Below are positions 1 through 11,078 of a DNA stretch of 64,000 nt, one piece after another (positions within the stretch are counted from its first letter, which is position 1; the number at the start of each line of letters is the position of its first letter). Origin of the DNA: Candidatus Latescibacterota bacterium. GTDB lineage: Bacteria > Latescibacterota > UBA2968. The notes under the pieces were generated by a model, which was not told the origin of the DNA, searched no databases, and saw nothing but the letters and a program-made list of their open reading frames with translations. A program made the translations under genes and the position numbers. The stretch covers positions 82,780 through 146,779 of the forward strand of contig JAJEDY010000033.1 in assembly GCA_022821275.1 (NCBI GenBank), in the 5' to 3' direction.

Positions 1-1
1 A

Positions 2-1522
2 ACCGCCCTCATTTCCATTTTTTCCAATCTAATATCTTCGCTGAATGAATATTTCTCTGATAACCTCAACATGAGATTAAGTCTCAAAACAGGGTTGGGA
101 TTTTATTCTCATATCGGATACCTCAATTTTAGTTTTTTCGATCAAAGAGAAGCTGGCGAGATCATATCGAGATCAAGAGATGCCCTATCATCAGTAGGGG
201 GTATCATGAGTATCATCGGCACAACGTTTATGAGTGTGGGAACGCTGCTCGTATTCCCGCCTATCTTGTTCTATATGAACTGGAAGTTGGCTTTGCTAAG
301 TTTGGCTGTGTTGCCGTTTGATGCTGTGATATCGTGGTTCATGTCGAAATATACAGCCAGAAAAACCAGAGAAATTGCTGAGACGAATGCTGAAGCCTCT
401 GCAAAACGGATTGAGTTTATTTCGGGTATCAGAACTATCCAAGCTTTGAATATAGAAGATTATATGTTTTCTCGGATTAAGAACCTCACTATAGGAGCAG
501 CAAGGATAAGATTAAACATGTATTGCTGGCAGGGAGCATCGGGGTTTTTTATTAACGCTCTTCATGCTGGTGGGACGCTTCTGTATGGGTGGTATGGTTG
601 GACACAGATTCTCTCTGGCGATATGAGTCTGGGTAGTTATTTGGCTTTTACTGCTTATGTAGGCTATTTATCCGGCCCAATGCAAGGCTTGCTGAGTCTC
701 CTGATGGATTTTCGCACGGTTATTGTCCACATTGACCGCTTTCTCGAGGTGTACCACATTGTGCCAGAGATAAAAGAGGTTCCAGAATTACCCGAAGGCC
801 CTCCACTTGAAGGACACATTGAATTTCGCAATGTGTCCTTTTCATATAGAGAATCACAACCCGTTATCAGCGCCGTCACTGTTGAGATTGAGAGGGGAAA
901 GACCACAGCTATTGTGGGAAAAAGTGGCAATGGGAAGACGACATTTGTCCAATTGATTCCGAGATTTTACGATCCACAGGTTGGTGCTATTACCATTGAT
1001 GGGTGTAATATTAGACAGATGAGACTTTCGTCTCTGAGGCAACAAATTGGTCTCGTTCAGCAAGATCCATTTTTATTTTACGGCTCAATATTTGAAAATA
1101 TATCTGTAGGAAATAACAGCGTGGAAATGTGGCAAGTGGAGAGAGCAGCGCGGTTGGCGCATGCACATGATTTCATCCAGGAATTTTCAGAAGGATATAA
1201 CACCCAGGTGGGGGAACGAGGCACGCAGTTGTCGCAGGGGCAGAAACAGAGAATCGTGATCGCCAGAGCTATTCTTCGCAATACACCCATTCTGATTCTG
1301 GATGAAGCGACTTCAGCCCTGGATATGGAATCCGAAACAAAAATTCTACAAGCTTTACAAGAAATTAGAAAAGATAAAACAACGATTATTATCTCTCATA
1401 GACTTTCAACAATCAGGCATGCGGATTATATCCTGGTCATTGAAGACCATCGCGTGGCAGAACAAGGCACACACGATGAACTTATACATAACGGCAGAGT
1501 GTATAGTCAGCTTTACGGATGA
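2..1522 (+). CDS. ABC transporter permease/ATP-binding protein, exporter type (5'-truncated by window edge; C-terminal TMD part plus NBD)
   Basis: The frame is open from the window start. Walker A GKSGNGKTT, ABC signature LSQGQKQRIVIARA and Walker B ILILDEATSALD are all present. The TMD helices come before the NBD, as in peptide/bacteriocin exporters. Confidence 0.85.
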   Translation, partial: TALISIFSNLISSLNEYFSDNLNMRLSLKTGLGFYSHIGYLNFSFFDQREAGEIISRSRDALSSVGGIMSIIGTTFMSVGTLLVFPPILFYMNWKLALLSLAVLPFDAVISWFMSKYTARKTREIAETNAEASAKRIEFISGIRTIQALNIEDYMFSRIKNLTIGAARIRLNMYCWQGASGFFINALHAGGTLLYGWYGWTQILSGDMSLGSYLAFTAYVGYLSGPMQGLLSLLMDFRTVIVHIDRFLEVYHIVPEIKEVPELPEGPPLEGHIEFRNVSFSYRESQPVISAVTVEIERGKTTAIVGKSGNGKTTFVQLIPRFYDPQVGAITIDGCNIRQMRLSSLRQQIGLVQQDPFLFYGSIFENISVGNNSVEMWQVERAARLAHAHDFIQEFSEGYNTQVGERGTQLSQGQKQRIVIARAILRNTPILILDEATSALDMESETKILQALQEIRKDKTTIIISHRLSTIRHADYILVIEDHRVAEQGTHDELIHNGRVYSQLYG

Positions 1523-3372
1523 TCAGCCAAGAGGTTTTAATGGAGAACATAGACAAACTGGACTTTGGCAGATTGACGGGATTGGGCGTTAAAATAGCCA
1601 TTATCGACAGTGGAGCCGATTTTGAACATCCAGAAATCGGCCCTATTGCTCATGGTATAGACAGCAGAATAGATTCCGATGGACAGATTATTTGGGGAAC
1701 TGACTGTGCGGATCGATTGGGCCATGGCACTGCTTGCACGGGGATCATTCGCCAAATAGCACCTGACGCTGAAATTCATATTATCCGCATTTTCGAACAA
1801 TCTTTGGTTGCCGAGGGAAGAGTGTTAATAGCCGCTTTAAAGTGGGTCATAGATCAAGGGATAGATGTTGTCAATTTGAGTTTGGGCACAACGGATCGCC
1901 AGTATTTTGAGCCTATTCAAAAATTGTGCCAACAGGCTGCCCGCGAGAATATCATCCTCGTTGCAGCAGCGCACAACAGAGGAATCAAAAGTTATCCAGC
2001 TATTTTGCCAGATGTCATTGGCGTACAAGGAAGACCGATGCCAACGCTCAATGATTTTTATTTTCGAGCAAATAAAAATATTGAATGTGTCGCGCATGGC
2101 GGCGATCAGATTTTATGTTGGAGAAAATCGTCTAAAGTCATTGCAGCAGGGTCGAGTTTTGCCGCATCTCGTATCTCTGGCATCATTTGTTTGATTCGGC
2201 AAGTTTACCCATGTACCACTCTAAATACGACAAGGGAAATTCTATCGCTTCATTCCCGTCTGAAACCTACATTACCAATTCAAAATGATGCCGTATCTTC
2301 AGTCATTGAAGAACCAATATTGCCCTCAAAAACAAAAGAGATTCAACAATATCCTTGTATTGGACGAGCAGCCCTATTTGCAATCCACAAAGAGCTCGAA
2401 AATCTCATGCGTTTTGAGGACCTCCTCGAGTTTGATATACATCGTGTTGTCGATCCGTTGGAAAAGAGACTGGTGAGATATGATGACAATGGCCAGGCGA
2501 TTCTCCTGAATTCTGAACTAAGCGCGTGTCTTCAGGAGATATTGGAAAATGCCGACACGCTCATTATAGGCGATATGAGTCGTTTGAGTCGCCTTGTCGG
2601 ACGAGATGTATTGGCCGAAATTGCATATCGCGCTTTAGAAAACAATGTCAACATTTTCAGTTGTTTGCCACCGAAATACGATCATGACCTCTTTGCTATA
2701 ACAGCTAAAAAAGGGTTAAAGATATTCTATCCTCGATTAGACATAGAGGAGAGCGTTAGAGGAGATTTTTATTCTCAAATTGTAGATGCTCCGGTCATAG
2801 GCATTTGGAGCACGCAGGCACATTGTGATACATTTCGCGTTCAGCTCCAGTTGTTCAAAGAACTCGCCCAAATGGGATATAACATCGTTCAGATTGGAAC
2901 AGAGAACTATGCGGAGCTCTTTGATTTGGATTTCGTATTTCCAATTGGTTTGACAGACCAACTCGATATGTCTGAGCAGCACTATACATCGTATCTCAGC
3001 TATAAATTACACGCACTGACCCGAACAAAGCGGCCCGATCTCGTTTTGTTTTCGACCCGATCAACAATAATCCCAAATGATATTCATAAACCCGATCTTT
3101 CGTTTTTTCAGTCCATCGGTCTCCTAACGGGACTGAAACCGGATGCCTCTATCCTCGTTGTCGATGCTTCCGATCCGGACAACTATATTCAAGATGCGAT
3201 AGAAGCACTTCGCATCATGGGGCAATCGGCTACTATTTTACTCGTTGTTGAAAATGATAGGGATAGGATAGATGTTTTAAAAAGAAAATGCGATATATCA
3301 GTATTAGATATTCAGAGCGATGATGCTTCCAAAAAGATGGCTGAAATTGTTATCGATTATTTTGGTAACTAA
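1519..3372 (+). CDS. S8 subtilisin-like serine peptidase (N-terminal ~260 aa) fused to ~350 aa uncharacterised C-terminal domain; no signal peptide
   Basis: Catalytic Asp in IAIIDSGAD, His in GHGTACTG, oxyanion Asn in AAAHN and Ser in GSSFAASRISG. The start forms an ATGA overlap with the upstream ABC gene stop. Confidence 0.8.
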   Translation: MISQEVLMENIDKLDFGRLTGLGVKIAIIDSGADFEHPEIGPIAHGIDSRIDSDGQIIWGTDCADRLGHGTACTGIIRQIAPDAEIHIIRIFEQSLVAEGRVLIAALKWVIDQGIDVVNLSLGTTDRQYFEPIQKLCQQAARENIILVAAAHNRGIKSYPAILPDVIGVQGRPMPTLNDFYFRANKNIECVAHGGDQILCWRKSSKVIAAGSSFAASRISGIICLIRQVYPCTTLNTTREILSLHSRLKPTLPIQNDAVSSVIEEPILPSKTKEIQQYPCIGRAALFAIHKELENLMRFEDLLEFDIHRVVDPLEKRLVRYDDNGQAILLNSELSACLQEILENADTLIIGDMSRLSRLVGRDVLAEIAYRALENNVNIFSCLPPKYDHDLFAITAKKGLKIFYPRLDIEESVRGDFYSQIVDAPVIGIWSTQAHCDTFRVQLQLFKELAQMGYNIVQIGTENYAELFDLDFVFPIGLTDQLDMSEQHYTSYLSYKLHALTRTKRPDLVLFSTRSTIIPNDIHKPDLSFFQSIGLLTGLKPDASILVVDASDPDNYIQDAIEALRIMGQSATILLVVENDRDRIDVLKRKCDISVLDIQSDDASKKMAEIVIDYFGN

Positions 3373-3432
3373 TCAGATGTTGGAGACATTGCTTTAATAT
3401 TCAAGAGCAAATGAAATTGGAAAGGATATCAC

Positions 3433-4527
3433 ATGGCCTATCCACTGGCTATTTTTACACCCAGAATCGGTGCTTATTCTGAAACCTTTATTCACAAGCA
3501 TATAGAGAGATTATTACCCGGTCAAACGGTTGTTCTATCCCATGTAATCAGAAAGGTGAAATTTTGGGAAACATCATGCCCAACCCTCATTCTCAGCGAA
3601 ATCTCTCTGCCACGGTTTGGAAAGAAGAGAAAAATTGCTGCGTTTTCGCAGGCAATCCGTCAATTTTCGACTTTTCACGGCGTTGAAGTGATGATGGGCG
3701 AATTTTTAGATGTCTCATTGCCCATTTTTGAAATCGTGCGAGACATGGGGATACCATTTTATGTCCATTCACATGGTTATGATATGTCAGAGCGTCTTGA
3801 AGACCCGATGTGGCGAGAAGCATATCTTGCATACAATGGTGCCGCAGGAATCATAACAGTCAGCGAATTTAGCAGAAATCGACTGATAGATATTGGTTTA
3901 GAACCAGGTTTAATTAAGGTTGTCCCTTATGGTATTGATGTCCCTGATTCCTATTGCCGGAGGACTTCAGAGACTGTTTACTGTCTCGCAGTGGGGCGGA
4001 TGGTACCCAAAAAAGCACCTCTGATAACGATCAGAGCATTTGAGAAGGCAAGCCGCGAATGTCCTAATCTGCATTTGGATTTTATCGGTGATGGGGTATT
4101 ATTTTCTGCTGTAGAAGATTATGTTGAGAAAAATCAACTTTCTGATAAAATCACACTTCATGGTAGTCAACCAAATGATTTCGTTTTAGACCTGATGAAA
4201 AAATCAGAAATATTTTTACAGCACAGCATGACCGATCCTCAAACGGGCAATGAGGAAGGCTTGCCGGTTGCCATATTGGAAGCCATGGCAAATGGGTTAC
4301 CTGTCATAACTTCAAAGCATGCAGGCATTCCAGAAGCCGTAATTTCTGGCGTAAATGGTTATCTGGTGAATGAAGGTGATGAAAACAGCATGGCTCATTG
4401 TATTATTGATTTATACAATGACTCCGCAATGCGTGAAAAATTAGGGCGGAATAGTTGGCTACGTGCAAAGGAAAATTTTTCTTGGGAGGTAGAGAGACGA
4501 CATCTCATTAAGATCATGGATTTATAA
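3433..4527 (+). CDS. Glycosyltransferase family 1 (GT4-like, retaining GT-B)
   Basis: C-terminal EGLPVAILEAMANGLPVITSKHAGIPE is the GT1 EX7E region. It is 364 aa and a ggaaagga RBS sits upstream. Confidence 0.8.
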   Translation: MAYPLAIFTPRIGAYSETFIHKHIERLLPGQTVVLSHVIRKVKFWETSCPTLILSEISLPRFGKKRKIAAFSQAIRQFSTFHGVEVMMGEFLDVSLPIFEIVRDMGIPFYVHSHGYDMSERLEDPMWREAYLAYNGAAGIITVSEFSRNRLIDIGLEPGLIKVVPYGIDVPDSYCRRTSETVYCLAVGRMVPKKAPLITIRAFEKASRECPNLHLDFIGDGVLFSAVEDYVEKNQLSDKITLHGSQPNDFVLDLMKKSEIFLQHSMTDPQTGNEEGLPVAILEAMANGLPVITSKHAGIPEAVISGVNGYLVNEGDENSMAHCIIDLYNDSAMREKLGRNSWLRAKENFSWEVERRHLIKIMDL

Positions 4528-6126
4528 CGGCACATCGATATCAAATGCCGCTGTAATCAATTCTCGCGTATAATCCGTTTGTGGATTTGCAAATACGGTT
4601 TCTGTTGCGCCGTGTTCTACAACGACGCCGTCCTTCATCACGACGAGTTCATTGGCCAGTGCGCGCACGACCCGCAAGTCGTGGCTGATAAATAAATAAG
4701 CCAGATCGTGATCTTTTTGCAAGCGCCGGAGCAAGTCGATAATTTGCGACTGCACGGTCATATCCAGCGCACTTGTGGGTTCGTCCAGGACCACAAATCG
4801 GGGGCGCAATACCATGGCGCGCGCAATGGCAATGCGCTGTCGTTGTCCGCCTGAGAACTCGTGTGGAAAGCGATCCATCATTCCGGGTTCAAGCCCTACT
4901 TCATCCATTATTTCTGCTACGAGGTCTCGGCGTTTGTGATCGCTATCGCCCATGTCGTGAACCCGCAATCCCTCGGCTATAATGTGAAAGACCGATAGGC
5001 GCGGGCTTAAGGACCCGAAGGGGTCTTGAAAAACAATTTGCATCTCTCGTCTTAAGGGGCGCAGTGTCTTACTCGGCAGGTTCTGAATGCCCTGTCCGTT
5101 AAACTCGATTGGTCCCTGGCTGCTCAGCAAACGCAACAGGGCCAATCCCAATGTTGTTTTGCCCGAGCCGGATTCGCCGACAACACCGACGGTATGCCCG
5201 GCGCGAATGGTTACTGAAATGCCATCTACGGCTTTTATATGCCCGATGGTTCGCCGCAAAAATCCCCGCTGAATGGGGAACCACACTTTCAGATTATCTG
5301 CCTCGACGACGATGGGTGTCGATCCGTTTAGCGCGGTTGCTGTTCCCTTTGGCTGTGCATTTAGAAGTTTTTGTGTATAGGTGTGTTGCGGTTGCTCGAA
5401 GATGCGCGCGGTGTCTCCTTCTTCTACAATTTTCCCCTGGGTCATTACATAGACGCGATCCGCCACATGCCGAACGATTGTCAGGTCGTGCGTGATGAGC
5501 AAAATCGCCATGCCAAATTCGTCTTGCAGGTCTTTGAGCAATTTCAAAATTTGCGCTTGAATCGTCACATCCAGCGCAGTTGTAGGCTCATCGGCAATGA
5601 GTAAATCCGGCTCATTGGCCAGGGCCATGGCGATCATCACGCGTTGCCGCTGACCGCCCGATAGCTGGTGGGGATAGGATTTGAGGCGCATTTCGGGGTC
5701 GGGCAAGTGTACTTTTTGCAACAAGTTTATCGTGTGTTCCCGCGCTTGTTCTCGCGTCATTTTGCGATGTAACATCAGGGTTTCGCCGATCTGTTTTTCA
5801 ATTGTATGTAGCGGATTCAGTGAGGTCATCGGCTCCTGAAAAATCATCGCAATGCGGTCGCCGCGCAGTTGTTGCAGTCGCTCTTGTGGCGCGCCCAGCA
5901 TTTCCTCTCCGTCAAATTGCACGCTGCCGTGTGGATGTACAGCGCGCGGATAGGGGAGCAATTGCAATACGGAAAGTGCCGAGACGGATTTGCCCGAGCC
6001 CGATTCGCCTACCAGCGCGACGGTTTCGCCTTTTTCAATGTGAAACGATACGCCGCGCACAGCTTCGATGACCTGGTCTTCGAGTTGAAAATGCACGCCT
6101 AAATTTTGAACGTCTAACAAGCTCAC
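4522..6126 (-). CDS. yejF: Peptide ABC importer ATP-binding protein with two fused NBDs (YejF-like)
   Basis: Two copies of Walker A (GESGSGKS/GESGSGKT) and signature (LSGGQRQRV/FSGGQRQRI). The start is chosen at a GTG forming a GTGA overlap with the upstream permease stop; the ORF extends further 5' with a non-homologous N-terminus. Confidence 0.75.
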   Translation of the reverse strand: MSLLDVQNLGVHFQLEDQVIEAVRGVSFHIEKGETVALVGESGSGKSVSALSVLQLLPYPRAVHPHGSVQFDGEEMLGAPQERLQQLRGDRIAMIFQEPMTSLNPLHTIEKQIGETLMLHRKMTREQAREHTINLLQKVHLPDPEMRLKSYPHQLSGGQRQRVMIAMALANEPDLLIADEPTTALDVTIQAQILKLLKDLQDEFGMAILLITHDLTIVRHVADRVYVMTQGKIVEEGDTARIFEQPQHTYTQKLLNAQPKGTATALNGSTPIVVEADNLKVWFPIQRGFLRRTIGHIKAVDGISVTIRAGHTVGVVGESGSGKTTLGLALLRLLSSQGPIEFNGQGIQNLPSKTLRPLRREMQIVFQDPFGSLSPRLSVFHIIAEGLRVHDMGDSDHKRRDLVAEIMDEVGLEPGMMDRFPHEFSGGQRQRIAIARAMVLRPRFVVLDEPTSALDMTVQSQIIDLLRRLQKDHDLAYLFISHDLRVVRALANELVVMKDGVVVEHGATETVFANPQTDYTRELITAAFDIDVPL

Positions 6127-7229
6127 GCGCTCTTGCCCTCCGTTTGCGATAGGGTTTTGCGGACATCGAATGCATCGCGCACGGCTTCGCCGATAAATAC
6201 GAGTAGCGATAACATAATTGCCAGAATAAAAAATCCAGATAGACCCAGCCAGGGAGCCTGCAAATTGCGCTTGCCCTGATTGAGCAATTCTCCCAGTGAG
6301 GGAGAGGGGGGCGGAAGGCCAAAACCGAGAAAGTCCAGCGAGGTCAATACCGTGACAGATCCCACCAGTACAAAGGGCAAGAAGGTCAGTGTTGCCACCA
6401 TAGCATTGGGCAATACGTGTCGCCACATAATTGTCAAATCATTGACACCCAGAGCGCGTGCGGCGCGTACAAAATCAAAATTGCGCGCGCGCAAGAACTC
6501 GGCTCGCACCACACCGACGAGACGCATCCAGGAGAACAGCAGCATGATGACCAAGAGTGTCCAGAAAGTCGGCTCGATAATGCTGGCGATAATGATGATG
6601 ATAAACAGGGTGGGTAGCCCGCCCCAAATTTCGATAAATCTTTGAAATATGAGATCGACCCACCCTCCCAAGTAGCCTTGCACTGCGCCGGCTGCAATGC
6701 CTACTACAGAACTGAATACTGTGAGGGCGAGGGCAAATAAGACCGATAACCGAAATCCGTAAATCAATCGCGCGGTTACATCGCGTGCCTGATCATCGGT
6801 GCCCAGATAGTTTTGTATAGAAGGTGGTGCAGGTGCGGGATGTTTGAGTTCGTAGTTGATCGTATCGTAACGAAACGGTACCAGGGGCCAGATGATCCAT
6901 CCGTCTTTTTCAATTAGTTCTTGTACAAACGGATCGCGGTACTCGGCTTCGGTTTCAAAGTCGCCGCCAAAAGTTGTTTCGGGATAGGCTTTTAATGCGG
7001 GAAAATAAAACGCCCCCTTGTGTCGGACCAAAAGGGGTTTGTCATTGGCGATAAATTCTGCGGGCAAGCTCAATCCGAACAGGACGAGAAATATCCACAG
7101 GCTATAATAGCCGCGGCGATTTGCCTTAAAATTGTCCAGGCGTCGGCGCGTGAGGCTCGAAATTCGAAAGCCCAAAAATCGGTCTTCGCGCTCGGTGAGC
7201 GTATTATACTTCTCTGCTTTCAAAATCAA
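6123..7229 (-). CDS. yejE: Peptide ABC importer permease, DppC/YejE family
   Basis: [19 protein letters not shown] matches the YejE N-terminal region. A BPD-transporter permease fold is evident from the hydrophobic segments. The exact start is uncertain. Confidence 0.7.
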   Translation of the reverse strand: MILKAEKYNTLTEREDRFLGFRISSLTRRRLDNFKANRRGYYSLWIFLVLFGLSLPAEFIANDKPLLVRHKGAFYFPALKAYPETTFGGDFETEAEYRDPFVQELIEKDGWIIWPLVPFRYDTINYELKHPAPAPPSIQNYLGTDDQARDVTARLIYGFRLSVLFALALTVFSSVVGIAAGAVQGYLGGWVDLIFQRFIEIWGGLPTLFIIIIIASIIEPTFWTLLVIMLLFSWMRLVGVVRAEFLRARNFDFVRAARALGVNDLTIMWRHVLPNAMVATLTFLPFVLVGSVTVLTSLDFLGFGLPPPSPSLGELLNQGKRNLQAPWLGLSGFFILAIMLSLLVFIGEAVRDAFDVRKTLSQTEGKSA

Positions 7230-8310
7230 TCCTCGGATCTACCAGTGTATAAGTCAGGTCACTTACCAATTGCATCACCAATCCCAGCAAGGTAAAAAAG
7301 TAAAGCGTGGCAAACATGATCGGGTAATCGCGGTTGACCGTGGCTTCGTAGCCCAGGAGGCCCAGGCCGTCGAGGGAAAAAATAATCTCGGTCAATAGCG
7401 ATCCCGTGAACAGGATATTGACAAATGCACTCGGAAATCCCGCGATGACGATGAGCATCGCATTGCGAAAAACGTGCCCGTACAATACGCGGCGCTCTTC
7501 CAATCCCTTTGCCCGCGCCGTCATGACGTATTGTTTGTTGATTTCGTCCAGAAACGAATTTTTTGTCAGGAGGGTCAACCCGGCAAATCCACCAATTACC
7601 ATGGATGCGATGGGCAGTGCGAGGTGCCAAAAATAATCGGTGAGTTTGTGAAATAGACCAAACTGATCCCATTCGGGGGAGGTCAATCCCCTCAGAGGGA
7701 AAATGTCGAAATAACTGCCACCGGCAAATAATACAATTAAGAAGATCGCAAACATAAATCCCGGCACGGCATTGCCTATGACGATCACGCCCGAGGTCCA
7801 TACGTCGAATTTGGACCCGTCGCGCACGGCTTTGGTCACGCCCAGTGGTATGGAGATCAGGTAAACGAGCAATGTCGTCCACAAGCCGAGGGAGATCGAC
7901 ACGGGCATTTTGTCTATGACGATATCGACGACGGTTTGGTCGCGATAAAAACTTTCGCCAAAGTCGAATTGCAAATAGCGCACCATCATCTGATAGAAGC
8001 GCTCATGAGCCGGTTTGTCAAAGCCATACATCCGCTCCAATTCCGCGATGAGTTCGGGATCAAGCCCCTGCGCGCCGCGGTATTTGCTCGTCGATCCCTC
8101 ACTGCGCTGTCGGATTTGTTGAGATGAGGATAGTTCGCCTCCATCGCCGCCCACGCGGGCAGATGCATCTACTTCATGGCCCTGTATCTGTGCAATGGCT
8201 TGCTCAACAGGTCCACCAGGCGCGGCCTGAATGATCAAAAAATTGATCACCATGACGCCGAGTAGCGTTGGGAAGAATAGCAAAAAGCGTCTTAAAATAT
8301 AGGATCCCAT
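7204..8310 (-). CDS. yejB: Peptide ABC importer permease, DppB/YejB family
   Basis: Start trimmed to MGSYILRRF, whose ATG at 8310 lies immediately after the yejA stop. It is a multi-TM permease, and the longer ORF's N-terminal extension has no homology. Confidence 0.75.
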   Translation of the reverse strand: MGSYILRRFLLFFPTLLGVMVINFLIIQAAPGGPVEQAIAQIQGHEVDASARVGGDGGELSSSQQIRQRSEGSTSKYRGAQGLDPELIAELERMYGFDKPAHERFYQMMVRYLQFDFGESFYRDQTVVDIVIDKMPVSISLGLWTTLLVYLISIPLGVTKAVRDGSKFDVWTSGVIVIGNAVPGFMFAIFLIVLFAGGSYFDIFPLRGLTSPEWDQFGLFHKLTDYFWHLALPIASMVIGGFAGLTLLTKNSFLDEINKQYVMTARAKGLEERRVLYGHVFRNAMLIVIAGFPSAFVNILFTGSLLTEIIFSLDGLGLLGYEATVNRDYPIMFATLYFFTLLGLVMQLVSDLTYTLVDPRIDFESREV

Positions 8311-8315
8311 GGTAC

Positions 8316-10148
8316 TTAATTTTTCTTTAAGGCCTCTTCTTTTGCTGCATCGACCCACCACGTGTCGGGGAAATACTGCCAGGGTTGCGGCATGTATTTG
8401 GGCGAAATATCGGGTTTGCCAAATTTGTTCCAGTACACCACGCGGTGTGCGCGAATATGCCAGTGCGGCACTACGTAGTGACCCCACAGGAGTACGCGGT
8501 CCAATGCCCGGGTGGTCGCCACGAGAGTTTTTCTATCGGGCGCGTTGATTAGCTGATCTACCAGCGCATCTACGACGGGGTCTTTAATGCCCGCATAATT
8601 TCTCGTACCGGATTCATCCGCAGCCGCTGCTGTCCAGTAACCGCGCTGTTCGTTGCCCGGGCTTAATGACTGTCCCCTGAGGCTTACAATAGCATCAAAA
8701 TCGTATTCTTGAACGCGATTTTGATATTGCGATGTATCTACAATTTTAATTGCCGCTTCTACGCCGAGTCGCTCCAGGTTTTGAATGTACGGTCCTACAA
8801 TGCGTTCCCAGGAGGGCGAGTTGTTGATTAAAAATTCAATCATCATTGTTTCGCCAGATGCATCGTTGGTGAGTTTTCCTTCTTTTACTGACCACCCTGC
8901 TGATTTTAACATCCGCGTGGCTATGCGCAAGTTCTGGCGGATGTTGCCCGATCCATCTGTTGTGGGTGGTTTGTATTCTGCGGTAAATACTTCTTCGGGG
9001 ATCTGTCCTCGAAATGCTTCTAATATTTCGAGTTCCTGTCCCTGGGGCAATCCCGATGATGCGAGTTCTGTGTTGGAAAAGTAGCTCGTTGAACGCGCGT
9101 ATTGTCCGTAAAACAGATTGGTGTTGGTCCATTCAAAATCAAATGCATAAGCCAGTGCATGTCGCACTTTGGGATCGGCAAATTTGCTGCGTCGCGTGTT
9201 AAACCAGAATCCCTGCATCCCGGTGCCATTTTCGTGTGGGATTAATTCTTTGATCAATCTGCCCTCGGCCACAGCGGGAATATCGTACGCGGTTGCCCAG
9301 GATTTGGAGTTGTTTTGCAATGCAAAATCAAATTCGCCGCCTTTTTGCGCTTCGGTTGCTACGGTCCCGTCTTTGTAATAATCGTAGTGAATGACGTCCG
9401 GATTATAACGCCCTTTTTTTATGGTCAAATCCGCGCCCCAATAATTTTCGACGCGCTGGTACGTGATCGAACGCCCGGGATCGTGTGCTTCAATTTTGTA
9501 AGGTCCACTGCCGAGCGGCGGTTCCAGTGTTGTTTCTTCAAAATTTTTATCTTCCCAATAGTGTTTGGGTAAGATCGCCATTTGTCCGACAATGAGGGGC
9601 AATTCCCGATTGTCCTCTGCTGCAAATGTGAATTTCACCTGGCGTTCGCCAATCTTTTCAACCTGTTTTATATCCGCATAATAATTGCGATAAAAAGGAT
9701 GGCCTTTGGTTTGAATCGTTTGAAAAGTAAAAACGACATCTTCCGGAGTAATGGGTTTGCCGTCGTGCCATTGCGCCCCTGAGCGCAGTGTGAAGAGTAC
9801 CCATGAACGATCGGGGGGCACTTCAATGGATTCTGCGAGCAAACCGTATTCGGAAAAAGGCTCGTCCAGCGAGCGCTCTGTCAATGAGTCGTAGGTCAAC
9901 CCTAACCCATAAGCCGATACACCTTTGAGGATGAACTGATTCAAGCAATCATAGGTGCCGCCGGCACTCATTTTTATGGTGCCACCCCTGGGGGCATTGG
10001 GGTTGGCGTACTCAAAATGCTTAAAGTCAGGTCCGTATTTTAAGTCGCCGTACATCGATATCGCGTGCCCCTTGTAATTGGGCTGATCTGCCAATGGCAT
10101 TGCGACGACCAACAAACTCAATACCAGCGCGAATAAAATGGTTTTCAT
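8316..10148 (-). CDS. yejA: Extracellular solute-binding protein family 5 (oligopeptide/microcin-C-type SBP, YejA-like)
   Basis: Signal peptide [20 protein letters not shown]. It is 610 aa, the length and composition of SBP_bac_5 proteins, and is the first gene of the yejABEF-like operon. Confidence 0.8.
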   Translation of the reverse strand: MKTILFALVLSLLVVAMPLADQPNYKGHAISMYGDLKYGPDFKHFEYANPNAPRGGTIKMSAGGTYDCLNQFILKGVSAYGLGLTYDSLTERSLDEPFSEYGLLAESIEVPPDRSWVLFTLRSGAQWHDGKPITPEDVVFTFQTIQTKGHPFYRNYYADIKQVEKIGERQVKFTFAAEDNRELPLIVGQMAILPKHYWEDKNFEETTLEPPLGSGPYKIEAHDPGRSITYQRVENYWGADLTIKKGRYNPDVIHYDYYKDGTVATEAQKGGEFDFALQNNSKSWATAYDIPAVAEGRLIKELIPHENGTGMQGFWFNTRRSKFADPKVRHALAYAFDFEWTNTNLFYGQYARSTSYFSNTELASSGLPQGQELEILEAFRGQIPEEVFTAEYKPPTTDGSGNIRQNLRIATRMLKSAGWSVKEGKLTNDASGETMMIEFLINNSPSWERIVGPYIQNLERLGVEAAIKIVDTSQYQNRVQEYDFDAIVSLRGQSLSPGNEQRGYWTAAAADESGTRNYAGIKDPVVDALVDQLINAPDRKTLVATTRALDRVLLWGHYVVPHWHIRAHRVVYWNKFGKPDISPKYMPQPWQYFPDTWWVDAAKEEALKKN

Positions 10149-10180
10149 GAACAGGCTCCTTTGTTAAAATGTCTAAGAAA

Positions 10181-10221
10181 GAGGGCAGACACACAGATTT
10201 GTCTCTACGTCTGCCCTTTTG
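10181..10221. promoter_or_regulatory. Stable stem-loop (GGGCAGAC / GTCTGCCC, 8 bp stem) followed by a T-run in the divergent yejA/birA intergenic region; lies in the yejA 5' leader
   Basis: Inverted repeat read directly in the sequence, with U-rich tracts on both strands. Confidence 0.25.
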
Positions 10222-10324
10222 AAGTATGTGGTATTTCCATTCTATTGTCAAGATACGGTGGTGGGAGATATACGGGTTCTGTCTTATGAAATAGACTTAA
10301 GCATACGAGATCAGGTTTTATTAT

Positions 10325-11068
10325 ATGAATTTTCTACCTCCCGAATGGCACGATCAACTCGCTTCGACCAATACGCATCTTCTCCAACGTTTATCTAAAG
10401 GTGAGAGGTTTTCTTCTGGCTTTGTTCTCGCAGCACGGGAGCAGACCGCTGGACGCGGGCGCTATCAGCGTCAATGGATCGCTCGTGCCAATGAGAATCT
10501 GACGTTTTCCTTTCTTCTCATTACAAGAGCCGCATTTTCCCAACTGACTTCTCTGCCTATTGCCATTGCGCTGGGTGTATCGGATGCGCTGAAAACTTAT
10601 GGCATCAGTGCGCAAACCAAGTGGCCCAATGATGTTTTGATCGACGGCGCTAAAATTTGTGGTATGCTCCTCGAGCGCAGCGATCAAAAACAGTCCGATG
10701 GTACGGCTATTGTTATTGGTATTGGTCTCAACGTGAACATGGATGCGACGACCGCGGTGCTGATTGACCGTCCCGTCACTTCTATGTGTCTTGAAACGGG
10801 ACGTGAGTACGACCTCGAACAGGTGCTCGCGCAAGTCCTTTCATCTGCTGCTCCATGGATTGACCGGTGGGAAGGAGAGGGTTTTGCCGCCTTTCGCACA
10901 GCATGGGAACACCGCTGTGTTTATATGGGTGAGGAGATTTCGGTTGGCGAAGGTGATGATGTGAAAACGGGCGTTCTCGCGGGGTTTGGCGACTGCGGCC
11001 AGCTTTTGTTGCGCGGGTCAGACGGTCGGGTGAGTGAGATTTGGGCAGGCGATGTCGCGGCGATTTAA
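10325..11068 (+). CDS. birA: Biotin--[acetyl-CoA-carboxylase] ligase (group I, no N-terminal HTH)
   Basis: GRGRYQRQWIA is the biotin-binding GRGRxGRxW motif. At 247 aa it lacks a DNA-binding domain. Confidence 0.8.
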   Translation: MNFLPPEWHDQLASTNTHLLQRLSKGERFSSGFVLAAREQTAGRGRYQRQWIARANENLTFSFLLITRAAFSQLTSLPIAIALGVSDALKTYGISAQTKWPNDVLIDGAKICGMLLERSDQKQSDGTAIVIGIGLNVNMDATTAVLIDRPVTSMCLETGREYDLEQVLAQVLSSAAPWIDRWEGEGFAAFRTAWEHRCVYMGEEISVGEGDDVKTGVLAGFGDCGQLLLRGSDGRVSEIWAGDVAAI

Positions 11069-11078
11069 GGGAGGGCGT

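Noticed and set aside
7259-7882. 207-aa alternate-frame ORF within the yejB permease gene
   Set aside because: Arg-rich off-frame translation inside a supported permease gene.
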